Shown here one piece after another: positions 26,395 through 35,662 of a stretch of 64,000 nt of DNA (position 1 is the stretch's first letter; each line of letters starts with the position of its first letter). Where the stretch lies: positions 151,975-215,974 of the IMG/VR virus record IMGVR_UViG_3300031813_000003; one strand, 5' to 3'. The notes beneath the pieces were generated by a model. It made no database searches. It saw only the letters and a list, made by a program, of their open reading frames with translations, and was not told where the DNA came from. Position numbers and translations under genes: made by a program. This stretch comes from a virus. Lineage: Duplodnaviria; Caudoviricetes.

Positions 26395-26709
26395 ATGGAA
26401 ACTTTATTCGAAACTAAAGAATCTTACCTAAAAATGCGTAGTAATTTCAAGAAATGGTACAACACTGAAGACAATCGTAAAACCTTAACCGCAGCAGACT
26501 TTGCTTTGTATGCCTTGATAAGGAACAAAGATTGGAGAAAGTGCTTCACTCCAAACTCAGACTTAAACAAAATCGAAGAAATTGAAAACATCATCAACAA
26601 CAGAAAAACTTGCTACATCAATTTGAAACCTTATGGTACAACTGTAACTGAAGAAATGATCACAATTCTACGTAAACGTGGGATTGCAAAGTGGATGAAT
26701 TTACTCTGA
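26395..26709 (+). CDS. hypothetical protein in the suppressor/PTH module
   Basis: Strong SD; 104 aa. Confidence 0.75.
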   Translation: METLFETKESYLKMRSNFKKWYNTEDNRKTLTAADFALYALIRNKDWRKCFTPNSDLNKIEEIENIINNRKTCYINLKPYGTTVTEEMITILRKRGIAKWMNLL

Positions 26710-27318
26710 TACCATTTTACAATTATCAAAGTGATACCTGTTCATAACAGGTTTACCACCACTTTTATTACAATGTGGGCAAGTAACTATCTCTTTTTTT
26801 ATATTCTTTTGAGATTTAAGTTTTTCTTTATGTTCATTTGAAAGGGGAGGTCTACCAATAACATATCCATTATCCAAATAATATTGCATTTTACTTTTAT
26901 TAACTCTTTGTGTATCTTTAGTTATTTTGTTATAAAGCCATACCTTTGATGATATTTTTGTTGCAATGTTGTTTTTATGTGTTTCTGTTAGGGTTATCCT
27001 TTTTTTTCTAGTACCAATATTAGGAGAAATATTACCACCCGCTCCGCCATTTTTGATGTTATAAACATCAGACCTTTTTAAAAAGGTATCATCTACTAGA
27101 TTAGATTCAGTTTCATATGCTGCTTGCTCAGTTTCAAAAATTGTTATTATTTCTTTTTTAAAGTTAGATGTACCATATTTTTTAACCGCAAGTTTTAAAC
27201 GAAACCCTGATCCAAGATAATCATCATATGGGTCTAATGTTTTATGAACTCCAATATATATTTTATTGTTTATTAAATTTGTTGTTTTATACAATGTAAA
27301 TAACATAACTAACCTCAA
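26701..27318 (-). CDS. Seg-like GIY-YIG homing endonuclease
   Basis: YKTTNLINNKIYIGVH...YLGSG; C-terminal CPHC...RYHFDNCK. Confidence 0.88.
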   Translation of the reverse strand: MRLVMLFTLYKTTNLINNKIYIGVHKTLDPYDDYLGSGFRLKLAVKKYGTSNFKKEIITIFETEQAAYETESNLVDDTFLKRSDVYNIKNGGAGGNISPNIGTRKKRITLTETHKNNIATKISSKVWLYNKITKDTQRVNKSKMQYYLDNGYVIGRPPLSNEHKEKLKSQKNIKKEIVTCPHCNKSGGKPVMNRYHFDNCKMVSE

Positions 27319-27378
27319 ATAAAAAGTATTTTATACCTACGCATTTGTATTTATGTAAATACTTTAGGAGAAAGAAAA

Positions 27379-27708
27379 ATGGAATAGAAAGTTTACACAT
27401 ATGCATTTATAAGAAGAGATTTACCTATTCACACACAATTAGTGCAAACGGCCCATGCAACATTGGAGTTAGGGCTACAGTTGAAAGAGGAAAAGAAACC
27501 GAAGGAAACGTCCTTTTTGATCCTTTTAGATGCTAAAGATCAAGACCATCTGAAAGAGATTGCATGTTACCTTGATGATCATAGCATCGAGCATCATCTA
27601 TTCTTTGAACCAGACTTGCCTATTAATGGGTTTACAGCTATATGCTCAGAACCATTGCCTCTGGAGAAAAGAAAACTTTTCAAAAAATTTAAATTGTGGA
27701 AAATATAA
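27379..27708 (+). CDS. PTH2-like peptidyl-tRNA hydrolase with TAG at codon 3
   Basis: SD AGGAG, ATG GAA TAG AAA...; YAFIRRDL...Q.VQTAHA...FFEPDL...TAI. Confidence 0.75.
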
Positions 27709-27709
27709 A

Positions 27710-27769
27710 TTGACAAACGAATCTCCTTTGTGGTACTGTTGATTATCAATTGAATCACAAAGGAGATTT
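27710..27769 (+). promoter_or_regulatory. early promoter / inverted-repeat cassette
   Basis: TTGACA; AATCTCCTTTGTG/CACAAAGGAGATT. Confidence 0.78.
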
Positions 27770-27925
27770 ATGAACATCTGGTGTTTATTTGGGTTCCATG
27801 ATTGGGACAAATTTGGTAAGCAGTTTGCGTTTGGTTCTTACGCTTTTCAAAATAGAAAATGTAAACGTTGTGGAAAAATTCAACAGAAACAATTCGGATG
27901 GTTCGAACCACAAGGGGATTTATAA
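27770..27925 (+). CDS. small Cys/His protein (DUF1660-like)
   Basis: WCLFGFHDW...CKRCG. Confidence 0.55.
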   Translation: MNIWCLFGFHDWDKFGKQFAFGSYAFQNRKCKRCGKIQQKQFGWFEPQGDL

Positions 27926-27926
27926 A

Positions 27927-28262
27927 ATGGCAACTCTTCTTCATATTACAGTTAAAGCAGAAGGTGTTTCCCCTGTTGAATCTGGTAAACGTGCAACCGC
28001 CAAAGGTTACTTCCCCTTTTTTGGTACAGAGATCCTTGAAGGTGAATTCAAAATATTCAGGAGCTATGGCAAAGCAATTTACTCTGGAATCTTTTTTGAA
28101 GATGGAACCCATATGACGTATAACTTCAATCCGAAAGGCCCAAAACTTCCTGAAGGTGTTCAGGAAGGTGACAAAGCAAAAGTAAAAGTGCTTGGTTCGT
28201 ATACTGACGATGAAGTTGCTTGTCTTGTTGTAGAATATAATGGATTAACGCATCAACCGTAA
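27927..28262 (+). CDS. hypothetical protein
   Basis: ORF adjacent to the previous stop. Confidence 0.65.
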   Translation: MATLLHITVKAEGVSPVESGKRATAKGYFPFFGTEILEGEFKIFRSYGKAIYSGIFFEDGTHMTYNFNPKGPKLPEGVQEGDKAKVKVLGSYTDDEVACLVVEYNGLTHQP

Positions 28263-28265
28263 TAA

Positions 28266-28353
28266 ATTGCTGGCAAAGGGAATTTGCTCATACTTCTATG
28301 CCGTAAGGCACTCAACTTTTAATTGACCTAAAGAGTATCTAATATCCAGCAAT
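28266..28353 (+). ncRNA. ATACTTCT-family ncRNA, copy 5
   Basis: ATTGCTGG/CCAGCAAT; TGCTC/GAGTA; TGCC-GTAA-GGCA. Confidence 0.75.
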
Positions 28354-28360
28354 AATAAAA

Positions 28361-28438
28361 TGAGGCTCCAGACTTTCGGATACTTCTAAAAACAATCAAA
28401 CCTTAAATTTGACTCTATCCCCGAATCTATTACCCTCA
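28361..28438 (+). ncRNA. ATACTTCT-family ncRNA, copy 6
   Basis: TGAGG/CCTCA; TTCGG/CCGAA; ends 21 nt before the ATG of the TerD-domain gene. Confidence 0.72.
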
Positions 28439-28459
28439 ACTATAAAAGGAAATAAAAAA

Positions 28460-30574
28460 ATGAACAACGAACTTCAAGAAATCCTCATTCGTAGAAAGTC
28501 CCTTACCTTCCTCAAAATCAGCATGAAAGATGTTGGATTCACTACTCCTAAAGGGATGGTTGGTGCAATCATTGGTAACTTTGGTTCTCTTGGGTATGTA
28601 ATGTCCAAAGAACTTGTTGACCTTCTTTCTTTATGCAACAATGCAGAACTGGTTGAATACCACAACACCGTGTTCCCCATCTTGAAGAATCAGGTAGGTG
28701 CTACCTATAGGCATCGTCCTATGTATCCCAACTTTCCTGAGCAGGTAGCGAATGCTTCTGATGAAGAACTTTTCATCAATGCAATCATGCACTACTTTGG
28801 TGCGGCTGTTGGTATGCGTATCATGCCTGAATACGAAAAGGAAGTTCGTTTCCCTTTCTGTGAAACCACTGAGCCTCGTTTCCTTGGGCTTGTAAGTTCA
28901 TTCGAACTTGAGGAATGCTACCGTCAGATTCTTGAATCCAAAGCTTCTCCTTCTGTTCAGGATAAGAACGACATTATCACCTTTCTGAAAGAAGGATATG
29001 CAGAAGTGAGTGCAACCATCGTCTGTAAGGAAACTCTTGCTTTCATGTGCGCTCTATGCTCCAAAACTGGTGCTTATTGGTATCAGTTGAAGACTGCAAC
29101 TGATGTTCTTCGTGTTGCTGTTGCTATGAACGATGGTGATGTTTCTCTCACCAAACCTTCCAAGTTTGGTAAGTTCACACGTTCTATGCGTAGAATGATT
29201 CTCCAGAGATTGGAGATCATGGATCAGAATTCTGTTACTGAAGACATGAAGCGTTTCGAAGGAATGTGGATTCGTCTTGGGGAGAAAATTCACCCTGCGG
29301 AATATAGCAATCAGTATGCTAGGATTGCTGAATCCTTCCGTAAACTTCGTAACGGTGAAGTCCAGACCACTAACTCCAAGATCGAAGCACTACTTGGTGT
29401 TGGTAATATGCCTGAATTGGTGAAGCTTCTTTCAACTCGTCCAGGAGATTTTGCACGTAGACTGAATGCGGTCATGACCAAATTTGATAATAAGTTTTTT
29501 ATCATTGATGCATTCAAAGCTGTTGCTGATAAAGTGTCTGCACCTGTGCTTTGGCAGCTTCGTGGATATTACGCAAGTCGTAATGAGCAGGTTGCTTTTA
29601 GGAATCGTCTGTTCCTTCCTAAGACTCCCAAGGCACTTGTTGCACCTAATAACCTTGCGCCTCTTGAAGTAGGGTTCCAATGGAACCTTCTAAATGTTAT
29701 TGATGAAGCACTTATCAATAAGTATGTAGATCAGCCTGAAATGAATAAGGTTTATATTGACCCTGTTTGTGAGAAGCTTCTGATTCCTTCTGGTAATCGT
29801 TCTGCTTCTACTGCGCTTCGTCAGGTTGGTAGGGGAAGTCGTTTCCAACTCGACAATACCAAATCAACCGTAAGGTTGTTTGTGTACTGGAAAGATATTG
29901 AAGGTAAAGATAGCTGGTCTTCTAGGGTTGACCTTGACCTTTCCGCTGTGATGTATGACAAGGATTGGAAGTTTGTTGGTCAGTGTTCTTGGACTAACCT
30001 TCGCAGTGGCAGAGGAAAGAATTCAGAAATGGTTCACTCTGGTGATATCACTTCTGCTCCTGATGGTGCATCTGAATTCCTTGATATCAACATGGATATG
30101 CTTTCTGCTAATGTAGCATACATTGCAGTTAATGTATACTGCTTCACTGGTCAGAAGATGACTCAGCTTAATGTTGGATTCGCAGGTTGGATGGAAAGAG
30201 AGTATGCAGGGTCTGGAGAAATCTATGAACCTAAGTCCGTAGCAGGGCGTTGTGACCTTACCGCTGATGCAACTAGCACCTGCCCTATGATCCTTGATGT
30301 AGCCAATCGTGAGGTTATTTGGGCTGATCTAGCCCTAGTTATGAATAGGTATTGTCAGTCAACTGAAACTACTCTTGATAAGGGTATCGCAACTGCTGAA
30401 CTGGTTAGTCGTATGTCCACTACTAGGTCTTCACTGATGGACTTGTTCCTAATGCAGGTTCAGGCTAGGAAAGGTGAAATCGTATTCGAAAGGGAAGAAG
30501 CAGATTTCGTTATTGCTGAAGATGGTGACCTTTCCCCTTATGATGTAGCTAAGATCATGAGTGATTTTATCTAA
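28460..30574 (+). CDS. large helical (putative Ro/TROVE-like) protein with C-terminal TerD domain
   Basis: TerD motifs VDLDLSAV, HSGDITSAP, SEFLDI; helical N-terminus with MYPNFPEQV, TATDVLR, RPGDFARRL. Confidence 0.75.
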   Translation: MNNELQEILIRRKSLTFLKISMKDVGFTTPKGMVGAIIGNFGSLGYVMSKELVDLLSLCNNAELVEYHNTVFPILKNQVGATYRHRPMYPNFPEQVANASDEELFINAIMHYFGAAVGMRIMPEYEKEVRFPFCETTEPRFLGLVSSFELEECYRQILESKASPSVQDKNDIITFLKEGYAEVSATIVCKETLAFMCALCSKTGAYWYQLKTATDVLRVAVAMNDGDVSLTKPSKFGKFTRSMRRMILQRLEIMDQNSVTEDMKRFEGMWIRLGEKIHPAEYSNQYARIAESFRKLRNGEVQTTNSKIEALLGVGNMPELVKLLSTRPGDFARRLNAVMTKFDNKFFIIDAFKAVADKVSAPVLWQLRGYYASRNEQVAFRNRLFLPKTPKALVAPNNLAPLEVGFQWNLLNVIDEALINKYVDQPEMNKVYIDPVCEKLLIPSGNRSASTALRQVGRGSRFQLDNTKSTVRLFVYWKDIEGKDSWSSRVDLDLSAVMYDKDWKFVGQCSWTNLRSGRGKNSEMVHSGDITSAPDGASEFLDINMDMLSANVAYIAVNVYCFTGQKMTQLNVGFAGWMEREYAGSGEIYEPKSVAGRCDLTADATSTCPMILDVANREVIWADLALVMNRYCQSTETTLDKGIATAELVSRMSTTRSSLMDLFLMQVQARKGEIVFEREEADFVIAEDGDLSPYDVAKIMSDFI

Positions 30575-30599
30575 CCTAAATATATATTAGGAGGATATT

Positions 30600-30905
30600 A
30601 TGCCTAATATATCAAGAGTTGGTGATTCAGCAGTTGGAATTTGTAACAATCATAAGCATCCACTATCAGTCACAGGGGTTATATCTTCATCTATTAATTC
30701 GAAATTATTAGATGAACATGGAACCCCTGTAGCTGTTTTGGGTGATATAGTAACATTTAGTTGTGGGCATACTAGTTTTATATCATCAGGAACAGTTATA
30801 TGTACAACTAACGGTAAACCATTGGCGCATGTTGGCTCTTTAATTAATGGTAATAACATAACAGGAGAGATTACTTCTGGATCAAACAAAATACAAGGAA
30901 ATTAA
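30600..30905 (+). CDS. PAAR-like spike tip protein (gp5.4-like)
   Basis: ISRVGD, PVAVLGD...CGH and PLAHVGS repeats. Confidence 0.8.
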   Translation: MPNISRVGDSAVGICNNHKHPLSVTGVISSSINSKLLDEHGTPVAVLGDIVTFSCGHTSFISSGTVICTTNGKPLAHVGSLINGNNITGEITSGSNKIQGN

Positions 30906-30910
30906 TATCA

Positions 30911-31453
30911 ATGGAAGAAATTAACAAAAATGAAATTATGGATGCTAGGGCATGGATAGAATTTGGTAAGATGTATAACTGTATGACCCAGGCTGGATTT
31001 GAAGTAGAACTTTTATGTGAACATACTTACACTGATTATAGTATTAGTGCATTTGATACTAACACAGAAGAATATGTAGAGACTGATTGCGATATATTTA
31101 CAACACCATATCTTGCAATCAAAGATTTCTATTTCAAGTATTTCTTGAAGAATGAAGAGTTCTGTGATCAACTGGTATATATTACCAATCAAGACCTAAA
31201 CAACTTATATCTTGAATCTGATCGTCTAGGAGTCCCTGTAGAAGAATATGTAATCGAAATTCTCAGAGAACTTCAACCAGAAGAACCAGAAAAGGTAGAA
31301 GTTTATTCTGCGTATTGCTGTTACAACTGTACTTATATGAATGTGTATATTGATCCTACTGATGGAAGTATGAGGGTAAAATGCAATAAACAGGGCATCC
31401 CCACTCTTTACGGAAACACTTGTAAAGATTACTTCCCAAGAACTGAAAAATAA
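30911..31453 (+). CDS. hypothetical protein
   Basis: ORF; C-terminal Cys cluster. Confidence 0.65.
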   Translation: MEEINKNEIMDARAWIEFGKMYNCMTQAGFEVELLCEHTYTDYSISAFDTNTEEYVETDCDIFTTPYLAIKDFYFKYFLKNEEFCDQLVYITNQDLNNLYLESDRLGVPVEEYVIEILRELQPEEPEKVEVYSAYCCYNCTYMNVYIDPTDGSMRVKCNKQGIPTLYGNTCKDYFPRTEK

Positions 31454-31537
31454 AAATTGAATATTTAATTTGACAGTAAATCTCCTTTGTGGTAAGGTTA
31501 ATCATAATCTAAACCGAACCACAAAGGAGATTTTATT

Positions 31538-32070
31538 ATGGGTTGGACTTCACTTCACAAGGAATCTGATGTATCAATCAAATCCTTCTTTGAAACTCAG
31601 TTTGCCCTAATGAAGTACTTGGGTGCAAGGTTGTTAACAAAGTTGCGTACATTGCTCTCAAGCTTGTCAATAAAGCTGAAGTAATTGGTGTGGTTGCTCT
31701 GCTTGACTATCAGCCGAAATACAACTTCAACTTCCAGTATAAGGTCATGGATGAAACCATGCTCCCTTACTACTACGATTGCCCTGAAAGCATCCTGAAC
31801 CTTCTCACCGAAACTACCAACGAGAATGCCAATGTGTGGAGGGCATCTTGTGAATTAAATGTTGTTATGACCAAAGCACTCAAAGCTCTGAAAGTTGGTG
31901 ATACTATTGTTTTCCAGAATGAATTCAGCTTCAAGCGTTATGGCAAAGCAAAAACCTTCACACTCACCGATAAGAAGAAACTTTATTTCATTGCAAAAGA
32001 AATCGGCATAGAAGTGAAGCTTCGTAAGAGTAGCCTCACTAGTAACAATCTTTGGACTAAAAGTAATTAA
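31538..32070 (+). pseudogene. early gene split by a frameshift near 31605
   Basis: Promoter plus SD lead to MGWTSLHK...QF; coding continues in the -1 frame (PNEVLGCK...YKVMDETMLPYYYDCP). Confidence 0.55.
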
Positions 32071-32096
32071 CTACTAAATAAAAAGGAGATTTTATC

Positions 32097-32477
32097 ATGG
32101 CGAATGTTATCTACTGCCCTTTCTGTGAACGTACTTATCCTGAAGGAACCATTTTACACGATGGTCTTTGCTGTGTATCTGTTAAACCGATTTTGGTTGA
32201 TGAAAAGACCAAAGAACCTGTAATAGTTGTCCCTGAGAAAATCTGTGATATCGCAAGGATGATCATCAAGGATTGGAGATCGCAGGGCAAAGGAATCAAC
32301 TATGCGGCGAAACCGTATGTTGAGGCAATGCTCTCCATCGAAAACATCAACGACAACTTCGGGTACGATTCTGGAGTTAGCATCGTGCGATACTTCCTTT
32401 GTAATGCTAATTCGTGGAAGGGAAATACAGCAAGAGAAGTCAAAAAGAAACTGAACGCTATGTGCAAAGGGAAGTAA
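32097..32477 (+). CDS. hypothetical protein
   Basis: Strong SD; AAKPY..AM...YFLCNA..WKG..AR..K. Confidence 0.75.
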   Translation: MANVIYCPFCERTYPEGTILHDGLCCVSVKPILVDEKTKEPVIVVPEKICDIARMIIKDWRSQGKGINYAAKPYVEAMLSIENINDNFGYDSGVSIVRYFLCNANSWKGNTAREVKKKLNAMCKGK

Positions 32478-32762
32478 ATGTACCAAAAAGTTAACGGTGT
32501 TATTATGAATCCATATGCCTGTGTCACCTGCAAGGGTGTGACATGGGCATTTTTTCCAACATTAGAACTACATCAGGAAGCATTGACCAATTTCAAATGT
32601 CAATCTTGTATTGATAAAGAAAGTATCCCTGCGCCCAAACCAAAAACAAAAAGAAAGAAGAAATAAATCCCTCAAATCCAACTCAGAGGGTAAATACGAA
32701 TAAAAGGAGAAACAAAGCCCATCAAATAAAGGTAGCTTGGGTAACTACAAAAAGGAGTTAAA

Positions 32763-33308
32763 ATGATTAAGACTATAGCTGTATCTTTAATAACAATAAG
32801 TACGTTTCAAATCTTCAGTTCAGTAAATGAGTTCCACACAGCATTACCTAGCCCTGTGCAAATCCCCATAACAGCACAAATCAAAGAAGACCCTAAACTG
32901 ACTGCTACCAGACTAGCTCTAATTGAGGCAAAAGCACCCCAAGAGAGGCTAGTAACACTCACACGGTCATGCTACTATGCAGGGTTAGCAACAAACCTTG
33001 ATCCAGTGCTTATCGCTACAATTATCTCCCCTGAAAGTGAGTATAAGATCAATGCACAATCCAAAAAGGGTTATAAAAGTTTAATGCAGACCAAAGAGGC
33101 AATCATGAAATGGGAATTTGCGGAAGCTAATGTGATGGCAGGAGCGTGTGATTTGAGATCAAAATTAATAGATTCCAAAGGAAATATGCGCCTAGCAATG
33201 TCAAGGTACAAAGGTGGAACTAGTAGAGAAGCTAGGAACATTGCTGATAAACAATTAAGAATATACTTTGATATAAAACATAAAGTAAACCAACAAATGA
33301 AAGGATAA
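32763..33308 (+). CDS. lytic transglycosylase (SLT)-like protein with signal anchor
   Basis: PES...A.S.KG..LMQ...N...G...A..RY.G. Confidence 0.65.
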   Translation: MIKTIAVSLITISTFQIFSSVNEFHTALPSPVQIPITAQIKEDPKLTATRLALIEAKAPQERLVTLTRSCYYAGLATNLDPVLIATIISPESEYKINAQSKKGYKSLMQTKEAIMKWEFAEANVMAGACDLRSKLIDSKGNMRLAMSRYKGGTSREARNIADKQLRIYFDIKHKVNQQMKG

Positions 33309-33312
33309 TAAA

Positions 33313-33591
33313 ATGTATAATGTAGATTTAGAATGTGATTCACCATTAAAACATGAAATTGTTCCTGATAAGAATGTTGAAATGTTTAATAAACAAAAAC
33401 TTTTTAATTCATTGAAACATGGATGGGATACATTTCATAAGTATTTCGTATACATACTCATTGCAGTTCTTCTAGGGATATATATTGGTATTACTGTATC
33501 TAAAACTTACTTCAACGATAAGATGGAAGATTCTATTAAAATACAAGGATTTGTATTTAAGAATCAAATTTATAGTATCACACCAAAATAA
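33313..33591 (+). CDS. membrane protein
   Basis: One TM helix. Confidence 0.6.
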   Translation: MYNVDLECDSPLKHEIVPDKNVEMFNKQKLFNSLKHGWDTFHKYFVYILIAVLLGIYIGITVSKTYFNDKMEDSIKIQGFVFKNQIYSITPK

Positions 33592-33597
33592 AGGAAT

Positions 33598-33643
33598 ACT
33601 CCTAAAGGATTTGTCATAAATAAAGATAAATCCTTTAGGAGTT
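33598..33643 (+). promoter_or_regulatory. late promoter (ATAAATA) in the loop of an SD-sequestering hairpin
   Basis: ACTCCTAAAGGATTT...AAATCCTTTAGGAGT. Confidence 0.6.
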
Positions 33644-33650
33644 GTTTAAT

Positions 33651-35264
33651 ATGGAAATAAAAAGATTTGCTAAATTTGTATTCACTGAAGGATACAAAGA
33701 AACACCAAACAAAAAAATTAAAGTATTTGAACCCGCATTGGTAACTAACGCCGATGGTGAAAAATATTCAGGGGGAAGAAAACTTCATGCTAATCTCTCA
33801 AATGCATTAAACCATAATGGAAAGACTATGTTCTATGCATTCGATCTAACTAATCGTTGTAATAGAGGATGCCCAGGATGCTATGTTGACAGGGCAAAAG
33901 AAATAGCATGTAATGCTGTTGCTGATATTCCTATTAAAGAATACAAGGGTGATCTGAGAAAATGGGAAGAATGGGCGGCTAAAAGTCCTGCAAATGCTGC
34001 CAAACTACAAGATGCCAAAGATCAAACTAATGCCAATGGTGGAATCCGTATGTTTTCCGCAGCTGACTATCCAGATGCTTCAGATAAAGAATATATGGAC
34101 ATCCTCGCTCAAGCTAAAATCTCTGATCCTAATTTCTTCAAAAATAACGTGACTGCTTTCCTAGATGATGCTAAGGCTACAGGATGGCACGTAAAGGCTA
34201 TTACTAAAGAACTAAACTTTATTAAAGATCATATCCATCATGATGCATTAAAAGGGGTTGATGTTTCAATGAACTCCCAGGGATTCGGGGAGTCTCATGG
34301 AGTTGTCAAAGCTATGCGTTCTGGTAAACACAATGATAAAAATCTCTCTGATGCTGAAAAAGAAAAACTAGCATCTAAGTTTGATAAAAATGATGCCAAA
34401 CGTCTTGCGCAGCATGCCGATAAGATTATAGGTAGGACTGTTACACATACTCCATTCGATCTTACTAAACTACTTGAGCATAAATCTGATAGTAGTCATA
34501 TTGGTGTAATTACTTCAGGGCATGATATTCCCGGTAATGGTATTCGTTATGTACCTTCTATACCAAAACAACCATATTCACCAAAAACAATTATCATGCA
34601 ATGTAATTTTCCTGATAAACTAAAACACATTCTTGATGGTGATATTAAAGCATCTATTCCTGAAACTACAGCGGCATTGAATGAGTATTCAACAAAATAT
34701 AATAAATTAAGAAATAAAGCCAGTGATGCTCTTAAATCTGGTAAAATTACAGTTCTTGATGTTAAAGATCAGAATCCTATTACAGAGGGCGAAGCTGCTT
34801 TAAAAATTGATCCTGATTTTGATGATAGTTCTGTAGAAACTGACGATGGTGTTGAACAGACTTCAATTCCAAAGAAAAAGAAACAAGCACCAAGAGGGCA
34901 TACTGTACAAACTATACTTACCAAAGTAAATGGTGTTTGGATGCAAAGTGTTTATAAAACATCAAATGGAACAACACAACAAACTAAAGCTAATTTAATT
35001 CCTAACATTGAAACTCAATTTGATGCTATCAACCCTCCATTTACTTATGTCTTCACTGATCAAGATGCAGAATTCCTAATGAGCAAAATGCAAGGAAAGA
35101 TGTGTTGCGCAGGAGAAGATGATGAAGGTAATGCAGCTGGTGGAAAATGTCACCACTGCAAAGCAAAATGTGGTGTGAAAGGGTGTGGTTCAAATGTCGA
35201 AAAGAAGAAAGATGTTAAAGACATTGGAAACATTAAAGAAAGTAAATTCATGCAATATATCTAA
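33651..35264 (+). CDS. radical-SAM-like (CxxxCxxC) protein
   Basis: CNRGCPGCY; GGIRMFSAADY; C-terminal CC...CHHC...C. Confidence 0.6.
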   Translation: MEIKRFAKFVFTEGYKETPNKKIKVFEPALVTNADGEKYSGGRKLHANLSNALNHNGKTMFYAFDLTNRCNRGCPGCYVDRAKEIACNAVADIPIKEYKGDLRKWEEWAAKSPANAAKLQDAKDQTNANGGIRMFSAADYPDASDKEYMDILAQAKISDPNFFKNNVTAFLDDAKATGWHVKAITKELNFIKDHIHHDALKGVDVSMNSQGFGESHGVVKAMRSGKHNDKNLSDAEKEKLASKFDKNDAKRLAQHADKIIGRTVTHTPFDLTKLLEHKSDSSHIGVITSGHDIPGNGIRYVPSIPKQPYSPKTIIMQCNFPDKLKHILDGDIKASIPETTAALNEYSTKYNKLRNKASDALKSGKITVLDVKDQNPITEGEAALKIDPDFDDSSVETDDGVEQTSIPKKKKQAPRGHTVQTILTKVNGVWMQSVYKTSNGTTQQTKANLIPNIETQFDAINPPFTYVFTDQDAEFLMSKMQGKMCCAGEDDEGNAAGGKCHHCKAKCGVKGCGSNVEKKKDVKDIGNIKESKFMQYI

Positions 35265-35341
35265 AATTACTTTTATAAATTGACAAACAAATCTCCTTTG
35301 TGGTAAGATGTTTTTACATTCAATCACAAAGGAGATTTTTT

Positions 35342-35662
35342 ATGAGTAAAGCAATCGAAGTAGTCTTGAACATGGGCGGTTACATGTACAGAAACAGCGA
35401 AGGTAGGGTATCAGAGGATTTAGCAATCTTCTACTGCACTAAGGAAGTCGCTGACATTCATGCTTCTCATAGGATACTGGATGCTACGTATGATCGAATC
35501 TATGGTGAGTGGGTATTCCCTGATGGTTCGATTCTGCATCTTTGGGATGCAGGTATCTACTCCAAATTGCCTTGGTATTTCATGGCGTATAGCTGTGAGA
35601 ACAGCAAAGGTGTAAGGGAACGTAGGGCTAATCCTACTCCTGATACTTCCCACGAAGGGTAA
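35342..35662 (+). CDS. hypothetical early protein
   Basis: Promoter/inverted-repeat cassette at 35280 plus SD. Confidence 0.7.
   Translation: MSKAIEVVLNMGGYMYRNSEGRVSEDLAIFYCTKEVADIHASHRILDATYDRIYGEWVFPDGSILHLWDAGIYSKLPWYFMAYSCENSKGVRERRANPTPDTSHEG

Noticed and set aside
27442-27708. GTG start for the PTH2-like gene as given in the ORF track
   Set aside because: No SD, and it would delete the first conserved strand; the SD-led ATG at 27379 is in frame.
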